From Ginkgo biloba (Eukaryota > Plantae > Ginkgophyta): a stretch of 54,739 bases of DNA. Of the stretch, positions 12,843-25,210 are shown piece after piece (position 1 is the stretch's first letter; each line of letters begins with the position of its first letter). A program made the position numbers and the translations under genes. The DNA lies in NCBI GenBank assembly GCA_024626585.2, contig JANKJI020000004.1, positions 41,398,116 to 41,452,854 of the forward strand, written 5' to 3'. The notes below the pieces were generated by a model. That model saw nothing but the letters and a program-made list of their open reading frames with translations, ran no database searches and had not been told where the DNA came from.

Positions 12843-13315
12843 AAAAATCTTTGCTTTTGTTTAACTGTATTGATTTATGAATGCACGCCTTGCCCGGAGG
12901 ATAGGATTTGGATGGCTGTAGATGCACCACACGCCATTACTTTTCCAAAGGATTAACGCGTTCCGTTAAAAGATGCATATTTTTGTAGGATTTGTGGGGC
13001 TGATAGAGGAAAGGAGGTGGCCTCTCGCCCCAATGCTAGGAATTGTGGAAATGATCATGGAATCATATATCACTTTCTCACACAATACTATATAGTTGGA
13101 TGTATTCAACATAGAATCTTACAACCCCAACCATCCCACGAGATCAACTTACTACGGTTCTTTTACAAGGATGTGAATTTTGGATGGCAACCCAAAATAT
13201 CTACAAGCCTTTGGTTCTCATATGTATGGTTCTTTTGAGCGAAGTGATTTTTAGAGGAGAGCACCTAAATATCTGCATTATGCCAAGATAGGATTTGGAT
13301 GGTCCTGAAAGCACC
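12843..13315. promoter_or_regulatory. THI1 proximal promoter with CBS/evening-element motifs and a duplicated 29-bp motif
   Basis: AAAAATCT at 12843-12850, AAAATATCT at 13194-13202, AAATATCT at 13267-13274. GATAGGATTTGGATGG-N8-GCACC occurs at 12900-12928 and 13287-13315. Confidence 0.5.
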
Positions 13316-16172
13316 TTGTGATTCATTGCTAATGACAAACTCTTTTGTTTTTTGTGTTTGCTTGTTAAAGCTCACAGCTATTTAATAATAGCATAGTATA
13401 AACCATTATATGCTTTATAATGATCCACTTGATGTCAATTGTAAATCCACCAAGCATATCGATATCAATTATGGTCCCATTAGAAATGGAAACCATGAAT
13501 TAACCATATAGCAAAATGTTTTGAGATATATTATTGGTATATTGTAAGTGGAATGCTCAAAAGTATTTGTGAGAGTGTAGAAAAAATAATAGCGACCTTA
13601 GGGCACTAAAGAATAAATTAAGAGATCTCTTGCTAAATTTGTTAACAAGCTCTTTAAAATCGAATGCATGTTGGAACACTTATAAATCCTTGAATTCTAC
13701 AATTTTAGGCAATTTAATCTTTAATTTCTGTGCAAGGGGAAATATTCAAGTTTATCAAGAAAAGATGAGTCTTTTTGTAGAAAATAAGTATGTTTATTAA
13801 GAAAACCTATGTGCTTTTGTAAAAATCAATTAGGTTCTTCTCTAAGAACTTGTAGATTTTCCCTTCCTTGAAACTAACAAAAACTCAACAAACATGTGCA
13901 TGACACTTCACACATATGTTGCCTCAAACATTTGTACTTGCATAAGGGATCTTTTCAACTCTTCCTACAAATATAAACCTACATTTAACATTTATACATG
14001 GAATAAGAAAAGATCTCTACAAACAATGAAGATATCGGACAAATAAACAATGTAGTATTCCATTACCCTATAAATCATGTGCATAATCTTGAATTTAACA
14101 ATATCATTTGAGTTCACTTTGAGCATAAGCAAAACCATCTCTTATGAATGCTTACAGTATGTCTAATGTATAGATCATAACACTCACATGTTCTTTTGTA
14201 GAAAGAAAACTAACTTCATGGGAGATGAGGAGGGTGAGCATTTTTTAATTTAGTAGAAGAAGTGAGTATTCTATAAGGAAACATATCATAGTGAAAGTCT
14301 AACTTTAAATAGAAAGAAAGATAAAATCTAATCCAATAAATGTGGTATTAATTATCTCCATAATATCTTACTTCATGAATACTAAAATAAAGTAGTATGC
14401 TCTCACTTAAACTCATTCATGCTTATCCCTTCTTAGGTAAAGCCTGCATATCCTTCCCCTTATGTGCTAAGACCTTATTACCTAATTAATTCCTCCCTTA
14501 TAAGTAAGTAGTAAATCCCATTTTTTTGTTAACTAGGTGTAGTACCTTCTTCTTCAATTTCTCTAGAGTTATCCATCTTATTTGATGTGGATATTATCTC
14601 TTCCTTCCAATTTCTCCAAATTCCATGATAAAAGATCTTATTCCTTTGACTAGACACTCAAAAATATTGTCCTCTTTAAGTGATTCTTGAAAATATGGCG
14701 GGATGTCCTTTAGATGCTTATAAAGAAATCTTCCTCTTTGACCTACAATGATGGATTAAACGCCTCAATCTTTTCAACATTAAAAATTGAATGCAAATCT
14801 ATACAGGGTGGTAAATTTAAAGAAATATTTTCTCATTGATCTACTCTAAATGTATGCATGCACTGGCATACTCAATGAGTTTGATCTTTCTCTCCTTCTC
14901 GTTGAATCTATTGTTTAGAAGTTGAATCCATACTTTATCTCCTACTTTGAAAGCATGTTTAACTCTATGATTATCACTCTCCTCTTTATATTTAATTTCT
15001 TCTTTAATCAAAGGCTCGTGCACTTTCTTATACATTTTCTAAAAATGCCTCATATATTTATCTATTTACAAATAAACCTTTTTCCCATGTGAAGAAGAAG
15101 AAAAAATATATGCAAAAACTAAAACATGTAAATCAATAAGATAATTACGAAGAAATCGTTAACACGTATCAAAATGTGGCATTCTAATGGATCATGGTAT
15201 TGTGTTATTATAATTGTAATGGATTTAGTAAAATAACTACTCCTATATTTTCATATATCCATATTGCATCCACTATGGTTATACTCATCACTTTTGTTCA
15301 TCCATCTATTTGTGAGTGAAAAGTAGTTGATCTCTTTAACTTTGCGTATATCATGCTCCAAGGTGTAATCTAAAAATGTCTAAGCAATCTCCTTTCCCTA
15401 AAGTCATCCAAAATGAATCTATATGTGCATGAAGAAAAGTATAGCAATGTGTGATATAATAGTTGAAATTTTGCAACACATAAAAATTATCATCTTATTG
15501 AGCTTATCATCAATAAAAAATATATGATCATGTCCATGTTAAATTGTAAGCAATCCACCTAAAAAGTTCATATCTATAGACTCCTAAGGTCTACCATGTA
15601 TTAATAATGGATGATACTTTCCAATCTTTCTAGTTGAAGACTTGGCTATGTGACTTAAAGAACATGATCTCCTATGATTCTCCACATCTAATTGCATCTT
15701 TAATTGATAAAATATCTCTATGAATGCAGTATTTTCTTCCTCAATCTCAAGTGACCAAAAACCCTATAATGGTGTTCCCTTTGAACCAACTATAATCCAT
15801 GACTCCCATGCAAAGCATAAAGTAAGATCAAAGTATATAGTAATCCATATTTGAGATGATAATCTTAAATGACATCCTCTCTCTTAACTTGATAGTCCTT
15901 TAGCTTATCCATAACTAAGTATAAAATTCCAAGTCATTTGCATATATGTTTTCTATTCTATGGAACCAAAACACATTGTATTATGATTCATTATTATAAA
16001 TGTGACCTGCTAAAGAGATTAATTATATTATTTATACTTTTCTTTTTATATTTAATCAAAATATAAAAATTATTGAATATATCCCATTCACTTCACTTAA
16101 TGATGATCCTTCAACTTAGACTAAGAGTGAAGAATCTAAAAATGGATGAGGATTTGAATGGATTGCAATATT

Positions 16173-17132
16173 TGATGTGCCATTCGAACCATTGGAGGGC
16201 TAGTGTTTGGTCCCATGGAGTCAAGCNNNNNNNNNNNNNNNNNNNNNNNNNNNNNNNNNNNNNNNNNNNNNNNNNNNNNNNNNNNNNNNNNNNNNNNNNN
16301 NNNNNNNNNNNNNNNNNNNNNNNNNNNNNNNNNNNNNNNNNNNNNNNNNNNNNNNNNNNNNNNNNNNNNNNNNNNNNNNNNNNNNNNNNNNNNNNNNNNN
16401 NNNNNNNNNNNNNNNNNNNNNNNNNNNNNNNNNNNNNNNNNNNNNNNNNNNNNNNNNNNNNNNNNNNNNNNNNNNNNNNNNNNNNNNNNNNNNNNNNNNN
16501 NNNNNNNNNNNNNNNNNNNNNNNNNNNNNNNNNNNNNNNNNNNNNNNNNNNNNNNNNNNNNNNNNNNNNNNNNNNNNNNNNNNNNNNNNNNNNNNNNNNN
16601 NNNNNNNNNNNNNNNNNNNNNNNNNNNNNNNNNNNNNNNNNNNNNNNNNNNNNNNNNNNNNNNNNNNNNNNNNNNNNNNNNNNNNNNNNNNNNNNNNNNN
16701 NNNNNNNNNNNNNNNNNNNNNNNNNNNNNNNNNNNNNNNNNNNNNNNNNNNNNNNNNNNNNNNNNNNNNNNNNNNNNNNNNNNNNNNNNNNNNNNNNNNN
16801 NNNNNNNNNNNNNNNNNNNNNNNNNNNNNNNNNNNNNNNNNNNNNNNNNNNNNNNNNNNNNNNNNNNNNNNNNNNNNNNNNNNNNNNNNNNNNNNNNNNN
16901 NNNNNNNNNNNNNNNNNNNNNNNNNNNNNNNNNNNNNNNNNNNNNNNNNNNNNNNNNNNNNNNNNNNNNNNNNNNNNNNNNNNNNNNNNNNNNNNNNNNN
17001 NNNNNNNNNNNNNNNNNNNNNNTGAGCTCTAGAAGGCTGAAGAGTGGATAGACGATCACCCCCTTGGATTTGTTAATTCATTTTCGCTGCAATTTCAACA
17101 ATAAATCCTCCAGCAACCGAGCGGGTGCATCA
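16173..17132. mobile_element. Younger nested LTR insertion (solo LTR or collapsed element) spanning the 795-N gap
   Basis: Termini TGATGTGCC...GGTGCATCA (imperfect inverted, TG..CA). Exact TSD ATATT at 16168-16172 and 17133-17137. CpGs are retained; it interrupts the host RNase H. Confidence 0.85.
16227..17021. other. Assembly gap (others: 6206-6305, 28259-28358, 32795-33330, 34666-34765, 42217-42316, 50689-50788)
   Basis: N runs. Five are exactly 100 N, suggesting gaps of unknown size. Confidence 0.99.
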
Positions 17133-20100
17133 ATATTCTTTCCAAGAAGATAGTTCTTCTAATTATTTACTACTTATACAATAGTATAGATCTCCTTATG
17201 GTGTATACTATTATTTTTCACTACAACTATAAAAGACTCAAAATAATAGATAAGTAGTTTGTTTGACTATGTAATAATTGCACTGATCATATCTCCTTAT
17301 GTATGATTTATTACTTGAAAAGGAAATTATAAAGTTATCATAGTTAAGAGTTAATTGGTATGTAACTCATAATTCAACACATCAAAATCATCTTCTTAGT
17401 CATTAGTCTAAATAAAAACACTCTTAACTTTTATAAGTTGATTGAGGGGATAAGTAAGTTCTGAAATACCTTATAAAAACTTCTTATGGAAGTTAATAAG
17501 TCTATGAAAACTATAAATCTTATGAAACATTAGTAGTTATTAGACAATATTCAAAATCTCTATCTTATATGGGTCTACCTTTAATCCCTTCTCATCAATA
17601 ATGAATTCTAAATAAGAGATAGTATAAATGGAAAAGGTGCACTTACTCATATTGTCTTTTAACTAATTCACCCTTCTCAGGATCTCTTGAACTATATATT
17701 AGGAGATCCTCCCAAGTGATTTTATCTATGTAAACAATGAAATAAATGACTAAGGGTCATCTAAGAATAGCGTTGATCATCCACATGAATATAATTAGTG
17801 TATTTTGTCAATTCAATGGTATAATAGTCTTTTGATAAAGCCTTTATTTTATCTTGAAAGTTGTATTTTAAGTATCTTTCATTTTAATCTTGACTTAATG
17901 ATATCTTATTTAAAATGAATCTTCTAAATATTTACCACATTACAATCTATTTTACAAATCATCAAGCATATAAAGAGGGTATTAATTCTTTACTGTGGTT
18001 TTACTAATGGCTCTAAAATACATGTACACCTTCCTTGTGCCATCCTTTTTTAGAACAAGATTGACAAGTGAACCACAGGCTAAAGAATATGATTATTATC
18101 TAATAACTTATCAATTTTTTTCTTAATATCATAACGTTCAATGGAAGATTTCTCATAAAGAATATAGTTGGAAACTTATTTTTTTGGCATAATGTCAATA
18201 GGATAATCTATAGGCCTTTTGGGTGGTAGAACTTATGGATCCTAGAAAATATCTTTAAAGTCCTATAAGACCACATCCAATTGGCATTTTTTTTCCTAAT
18301 TCTATATAGATGAACTTAAGTCTCTCTTAGCATCCTAGCTAGGATCTTATTAACTCCTCCAAATGATCAACACAAACTTTTATAGAGATTGCGTCAATAA
18401 TTTATCTTATGCACGCAAAACTTACACTAAGGTGCTTGATTTTAGAACTCATTTAGTAAATATTAAATAACCATTCTTGTGAAATCAAAATTCTCACTCA
18501 TAAGGGAAAAACTTTGCTCTCTTATCATGTAGAAAAGGAATATTGAAAAACATACTAGTATAATCCATGGATACTACATCACACACTATCTCATTCAATC
18601 CATATACTATTTAGTGATATAAATTTTAAATTCTAGTTATAAAATTACCTTTTGATTATCATCCCTTGTCATGGCATTGATTCCATATGAATATATATGT
18701 AATGCAATCTCCAACTAGTCTTTTCTACTATATATGTTATGACCAAAATTTTTAAACTTCCATTATTAAGAATAACTTATATGACTTGGTTCTTGATTAC
18801 TAACTTGAAGGTGATAAATATTTTCTTTATATCCATCTTCTTATTTAGTATTCACCAACACTAGATAAGAACTAAGTTCATTTAAAATAATTCCCACCTC
18901 TAGATCACTCTATTTTTCCTTATTGAATCTCAAGTTAAGAGACTTCGGTTCTTTTTAAGGGTGAATTTTGTAGCAACCTAATTCACGATGACTAATATTA
19001 TTATAATTATGACATTTATTACTCTTTTCATAATTATAATTATTCTTCTTTCTATGACTATGAAGAAGAAGAATATTTACCTCTATTTTTATCGAAAATG
19101 GAATTAGGTGTCTTCTTTATTGTCCTAATCTTTGAAAAAAATGCACAGGCATATTGCATATGATGTAAAGGGAAAATTATAACCTCATAATTAAGTCAAT
19201 ATTAAATACTTCCTATGGATTTTATAACCATTTCCTCCAACATTTTTTTTACCATCAATTTTATAGAGAAATATTGAAACTTACATAAATAATCCTCTAA
19301 GGATTAACCTACTTTATTCCTTTTTTATTTCCACTAAATATTTAAATTAAACATAGAGGGTATGATTTGTGCCTAAATAATTCTTGATTTCCATGATGTA
19401 ATGGATGGATTTTTATCTTAATACTTATCCTTACAATATAACTCCCATTAAAGCAATGATTTTTATAAATGTTTGTCCTATAAAAAATCATATTTTTATC
19501 AACACTATATGACTTGCTAAAGTAATATCTCTCCAATGATAAAATATATGATTAAAAACTATTTCCAATTATCTTCCCATTGAATACCTAGGTATCAATC
19601 TTGGACTCAACATTAAAGTGGGTTTATCATAAGAGAAATTATTTTCAATAAAAAGGTGGTATAGATAGAGCACATAAAGTAGATTTAGAAGATTAAGAAA
19701 CAATAATAGTAGGTACATTTAGAACTCATTGAAAATATAAGGTTCTTCTTGCACTTAAAATTATGGAAATAATATCAGATTCCTTTTTTATCTCTTCGTG
19801 CCCACAAACCATCTATCTCATCAAATCCTAAATCTAGTCACATGGACATTTGTAGTAACTTCTATAAGAGGAGTATTCTCCATCTTACTCAAAAAAAATC
19901 TTCATCATCTAATGCTTGTTCACCAACACAAGGACTCCCAATAAAAGTAGATTCCTTTGATACTCTATATAAATAGAACTTATTGTCATTATTTTCCAAG
20001 ATTCCATTCTTATACATAGACCTTATACAACTATATAATAGATTTTGACAAATATAAATGAAAAAATAAATCAAACTTTAGACCCTACCTAAGCATAGAA

Positions 20101-20771
20101 TTATTCTAATACCAATTGATATGTCATATTAAGAAATGTATAAAATTGTTTACAAAAGTAAGGAAAAAGAAATAACAATGTTATACACTCAAGAATAAAT
20201 AGAGAGAACACTTTCCAAATCTTCTAACAATGTATTTAATATTTTTGTATGTTGAAACAACTACAAATACCTAAATTTTATAATTACAGATGATTTTTTC
20301 TATGATTTTCACACAGGGGTAAATATGTAGGTTTATAAAAAAAAATCATATCTCTTTATAAGAAATAAACTATTTCATCAGGGAGCCCATACCCTTTCAT
20401 GAAAATTGAGTGATATCATCTCTAATAATTCATGAGTATTTTCTTGTCTAAAATATGTTTAAAACCTAGAAAATCATGTGCATGAAACTAAGGAATATTC
20501 AATACATACAAAATATGATATGTTTGAACTTATATATTGAATATTTTTTAATCTTCCTATAAATATGTATTAGCACTTCAAAATTATGCATGAAACAAGA
20601 AAACATTTACCCATACATGTTAAGATACTTAAGAAATAATCACTCTAGTATTACTTTGAAAATCATGCATATAATGTTCAATATGATTATATCTTTTGGA
20701 TTCCTTACTAGAATAAGAAAAAGTATCTCTAATGTATATTTACAATATCTAGGTAATCCCAAAACTATTTC

Positions 20772-20774
<3 letters not shown>

Positions 20775-20805
<31 letters not shown>
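20775..20805. repeat. (TA)15 microsatellite within an LTR
   Basis: Directly visible. Confidence 0.95.
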
Positions 20806-20808
<3 letters not shown>

Positions 20809-21929
20809 TAATTCCATGTTCTTTTATAGAAATAAATATATCTTACAAGAAATTGTAATGTCAAATAGAAAGAAATCTAAAAGCTATTGAAATAAATATG
20901 TTCTTAGATATCCCCATATTATATCAATTTATTCTTAATAAACTATGTATTATCCTATAACTTAATTCCTTAGTGTTTAACCTCTTTTAGGTAAATTCCT
21001 ACATGTCATCCCCTTTAGGTGTGATGACATCAAAAAATCCCACTGCGTGCTCGTTGACATGTAGTGGGAGAGATCCATGCCAACAACCTTGATTTTTAAT
21101 TTAATTTGAATCTTAAATTAATTTAAAGATGAAATTTACCTCAAGACCCATTGAAATCAAGGACCATCGTAGTGTTGGGGTGGACTAAATATAGAAATGA
21201 GGGAAATAATTTAGGGGTGAAGTGGTGGAATTGGGTGTATTATCGCAGTTTGTTGATTAGTCATAGGATAAAAAATTAGTGAATTTACCCCTTTGTCAAT
21301 TGCACTTAGTATGTGAACCCCTTGAAAAAAATGATTTAACTCTTCTTATTGATTTTATTTCGCTTCCGCATGCTAAATTTTTTGTTTTGAAGATCCCTTA
21401 TAACATTTTTCTTACTACACCCTTAACCATCAACCCTTTAAGTAAATCACTACAAATGACACTTAAGCATAGGGGTCTAATTAATGGCTATGACTCATTA
21501 TAATTTTTTATTGTATTTGTATTTATTATGTATATTTAATTATTTTAAATGAGTGTCTTTGTTAAATGACTTTAGATGCACATGGTTGATGGGTTCAAAA
21601 TTTTCATATTTTCCTTATGACCAATAAAATATCTTTAACAACCTTTAACCTTTTAGACCCATAAAGTGAGGTATTATGGCCATCCCATAAGACCTATAAT
21701 TGACAAACCAAGGCATACCTAAGGCATTAAACAAACCTTAAAATAATTTTTGATTTTTTTTCCTTTATTTTTTTTATATTTTTCACTTGAAATTTTTATC
21801 GATTTTGTGCATAGGTTTGTGGCAGGTGGAGGAAGAAGCATAGGTAAATCAATTGTACTAGGTGAAGGGGATGACATGGATGTAGGGCCACATAAAATCA
21901 ATTAGACTAGTGATAGGGGATTTCAGTGA

Positions 21930-22830
21930 TGTCCTTATAACCCATTCATGCTGGAAAACCATTTTAATAGTAGGGATTGGGCTTTATCAGTCCCATCAAT
22001 CCCAACTCAAGTAAGGGACATAAGATCAGCATCACTACTATATATTATTTTAACTAATGGTATTAAGCTATTCCATCCAAAAAAGAAACTTTAACAATAG
22101 TGATAGAGCTTTAGGAACATGTTCTTATGCCCCAGTTTGGACTTTCTACTATTCTGATATCTAATAATGGTTTTTCCTTCATCGCTAATGACATGATTGA
22201 CTTTCCTAGGGAGTATGGGATATTTCTATGACCTTCCTCAAATTACTAACCATAAGGGAATGACCTGGATGAATCAACCAAAAAAAACCTAATCAAAATT
22301 CTAAAGAAGACCATTGGTAAGGCGAAAGGGACTGGCACATCAAACTCCATGCAGCTCTGTGGATGGACAAGATAACTCCTAAAGAATCTATTAGTTATTC
22401 TCCATTTCTTCTAGTGTATGATAAATAAGTAATCTAAACCTCTATGCTCTCCCTAACAACTATTCAACTAGTAAAGCTTGACACTAAGAATTAGTCCCCC
22501 ATCAAGTAAAGGTTACAAAGTTTCATTAACTTAGAAGAGACAAGAGAAGAGGACCAATAAAATATTTAGAGATATCAAGATAGGTTAAAGAAATACTTTG
22601 ACAAAAGAGAAGCGTTAGATAAAACTTTTGAAGTTTGTCATAGGGTCCTATTATGGGACAAAGCTAGGGAGAATTTAGGAGCACATAAAATATTTGACTC
22701 TTTATGGCTCGAACCATTCAAATTCTTGGAAGTTATGAAGGATAATGCATTCAAATTGAAAACGTAGGAAGGTGACCCTTTTCCCATTCTAGTGAATAGG
22801 TAATATCTTAAAAAAAATTATGCTTAAAGT
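21930..22830 (+). pseudogene. Degenerate Tat/Athila-type integrase
   Basis: KPF..GLGFISPINPNSSKGH (cf. PF..WG.DFIGPINP.SS.GH), DNG-like segment, SSNY.P.GN, FDSLWLEPFK, PILVN..YLKK. Confidence 0.82.
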
Positions 22831-24039
22831 TGTTATTCTAATGACTTGTGTAAATATTATAAATATGGTTTTCCAATTCTTTTTTAGTTGTTTTATGATC
22901 CAAGTAATAAATTAATTGTATTGATTTTGTATAATTCACTCGAGGTTATACAAGATAAGGAGGCCACTTATTAACACCTCATTTTGACCTAGCTAGAATA
23001 ATAAAGAAGAAAAGATGAAGGAAGACCAAGAAGTTATAAATGTCTTGGAAAGTATTTTCTTCTTCACCTATTTAGGAATCTCTTGCGAGTACCAAAAAGC
23101 TATAGTTTCCTAGGAGGGAATGACACTCTCCCTAAAAATGCTCCCTTAAACTAGATCATCAAGGATGCTCAATAAAGGCTAGGAATAAGAGTGATGGAGG
23201 TATATTTATAACATCCTAAGGAAGGCATTGATGATATTTCTTGAGAAACATCCTAGGGGCATGCTTAACATCTCGTGGAGATGATGACAGGGAAGTTTTC
23301 AACCAATCATGTCTCAACATGGGGTAGGGAGTTATTTGCATTCCTTTCAAGGAGTGAGGTGGGTTAATGATTCTAAATTTCCTCACTCTCCTCTTCTAAC
23401 ACCTCCATCTATTAAAACTCATACCATCCTACATGAAGAAGTAACAATCCCACCATAGGGAATATAGAATTGGGAAACTTTAAAGTTTCTCTTTAAGGAG
23501 AACATTTATAGTCCAATAGAAACCTACTTGCGAAAGTGTTGGAAGAATGTTGGTACTAGGAAGAAGTTGAACTAGGAAAGATTTTTCATTATAGATGATG
23601 GAGGGAAACATAGCCATGAATACTTACTTTTGGAAAAGTATGGGGTATTGGCACATGCACAAGCTTTAATTTGTTATACTTGCCTTACCCTATTGTAGTT
23701 GAAATATTCTACAGGGATATGAAACTAATCCAAAATAAGAATCTAGGAAAGTGGAAAGGGATGTCATTATCCAAAATCTCTACTAAGACTGGGAAGGGAT
23801 AAAATCCTAGAGTAAGTTTAATGGATTCATCATAAACATAATGAACCATGAAAGAGCTAGGTGGAAAACTAGGATTCTAGCTAGAAGATTGATCTATTCA
23901 AAGGCCAACACTTATATAAGTTATCAATGGGAAGCCATAGTTGATCTATTTATAGATCATAGAGTAGTTTTCCTCAATTATAGAATGGTTACCTTTTGGG
24001 ATTCCTAGAAAGCTACGTAAATATGTACCTCACTAAATC

Positions 24040-24990
24040 TCTAAAATCCCTTATCCTGGGTAAAAAAATATCCCTTAATCATTAAGGAAGGAAAATTATC
24101 TAGAAGAGTGCACATCCCTTGAGGGGACCATAGTGCCACTTAAGAAGATTTAAATAACATGCACTAAGGAGAGGCAAGTTACTCCTAGTAGTATTTTATG
24201 ATCCTGGTATGATAAGGGAGGAAAAATAATCTAGGAGAGTGCATATCCCTTAAGGGGCCCATGGTACCACTAATGAATATTTAAAGCACACACCAAAGAG
24301 AGGAAAGATTCTCTTAGTATCTTTTTATGGTCCTGATGTGATAAAGGAGGAAAATAATCTGGGAGGGTGCACAACCCTTAAGGGGACTATGCCTCACTAA
24401 AGATCTAAAATCCATTATCTTGGGTAAAGAATTCTCTTTTACTCATTAAGGAAGTAAAAAAAATGATCCAAGAGATTGAACATCCCTTGAGGGGCCCAAT
24501 ACGCCATTAAAGAAGATTTAAAGAACGTACACCAAGGAGAGGCATGCTACTCTTGGTATATTTTTTTGGTCTTGATATGATAAAGTGGGGGGGATGATCT
24601 AAGAGAGTATATAGCCCTTGAGGCACCCATGATGCCACTAAAGTAGATTTACATGTGCACCATGGAGAGGCAAGCTTCTCCTAGTAGCTTTTTACTATCT
24701 TGATGTGATAAGGAAGGAAAAATTATCCAAGAGAGTGCACATCCCTTAAGGGGACCATAATGCCACTAAAGAAAGTTTAAAGCATATGCACTAAGGAGAG
24801 GAAAGCTTCTCATGGTAGTTTTCTATGGTCCTGATCTGATAAGGGAAGAAAATCTATCTATGAGAGTGCACATCCCTTGAGGGTCCCATAATGCCACTAA
24901 AGTAGGTTTAAAGCACATACGCCAAGGAGGGGCAAGCTAATCATAATAGCTTTTCACAGTCCTTGTACTATCAAGAAGGCTTAAAATGAC
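24040..24990 (+). repeat. Tandem array, 7 copies of a ~130-bp unit
   Basis: Core GAGAGTGCACATCCCTT(G/A)AGGGG recurs at ~24108, 24239, 24368, 24477, 24607, 24735 and 24866. Confidence 0.92.
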
Positions 24991-25210
24991 CCAGGAGGAA
25001 TAAGTCCTAATTGCAATAATATTTATTATCTAACCTAGAGAGGAGGATAATTATCTTTGTAAGTGACAACTTCCAAAGAAGTTATTAATGGATAATGAGA
25101 GCTACAAGGGAATGAAGTGTGCATGCTAGTAGTTGTCATAAGGAATAAGAAATAATTATGAACAATTACCTAAAAACCCTCTTAGAAAAAAATATATAGG
25201 GGATGAAATC

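Larger units (their letters stand above)
13522..21032 (-). mobile_element. Old, near full-length Ty3/gypsy element (CRM/IFG-like); LTRs ~13522-14477 and ~20117-21032
   Basis: Integrase remnants (KLKRSTTFHS near 15310-15345; HAFKVGDKVW in ORF 14841-15035) and RNase H/RT remnants. PBS remnant TGGTATTAGA on minus at ~20105-20114. The LTRs share blocks (TTAGGTAAA..CT.CAT.TC.TCCCCTT; CATGTTCTTTT.TAGAAA) but are highly diverged; the left boundary is approximate. Confidence 0.8.

Noticed and set aside
16073-17059. Long ORFs in the track crossing gaps (also 6116-6367, 32740-33509, 34616-34813, 42207-42413)
   Set aside because: Composed mostly of N-derived X residues.
24040-24990. Regularly spaced palindromic repeats resembling a CRISPR array
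   Set aside because: The intervening sequences are homologous to each other rather than unique spacers; eukaryotic TE context with no cas genes.
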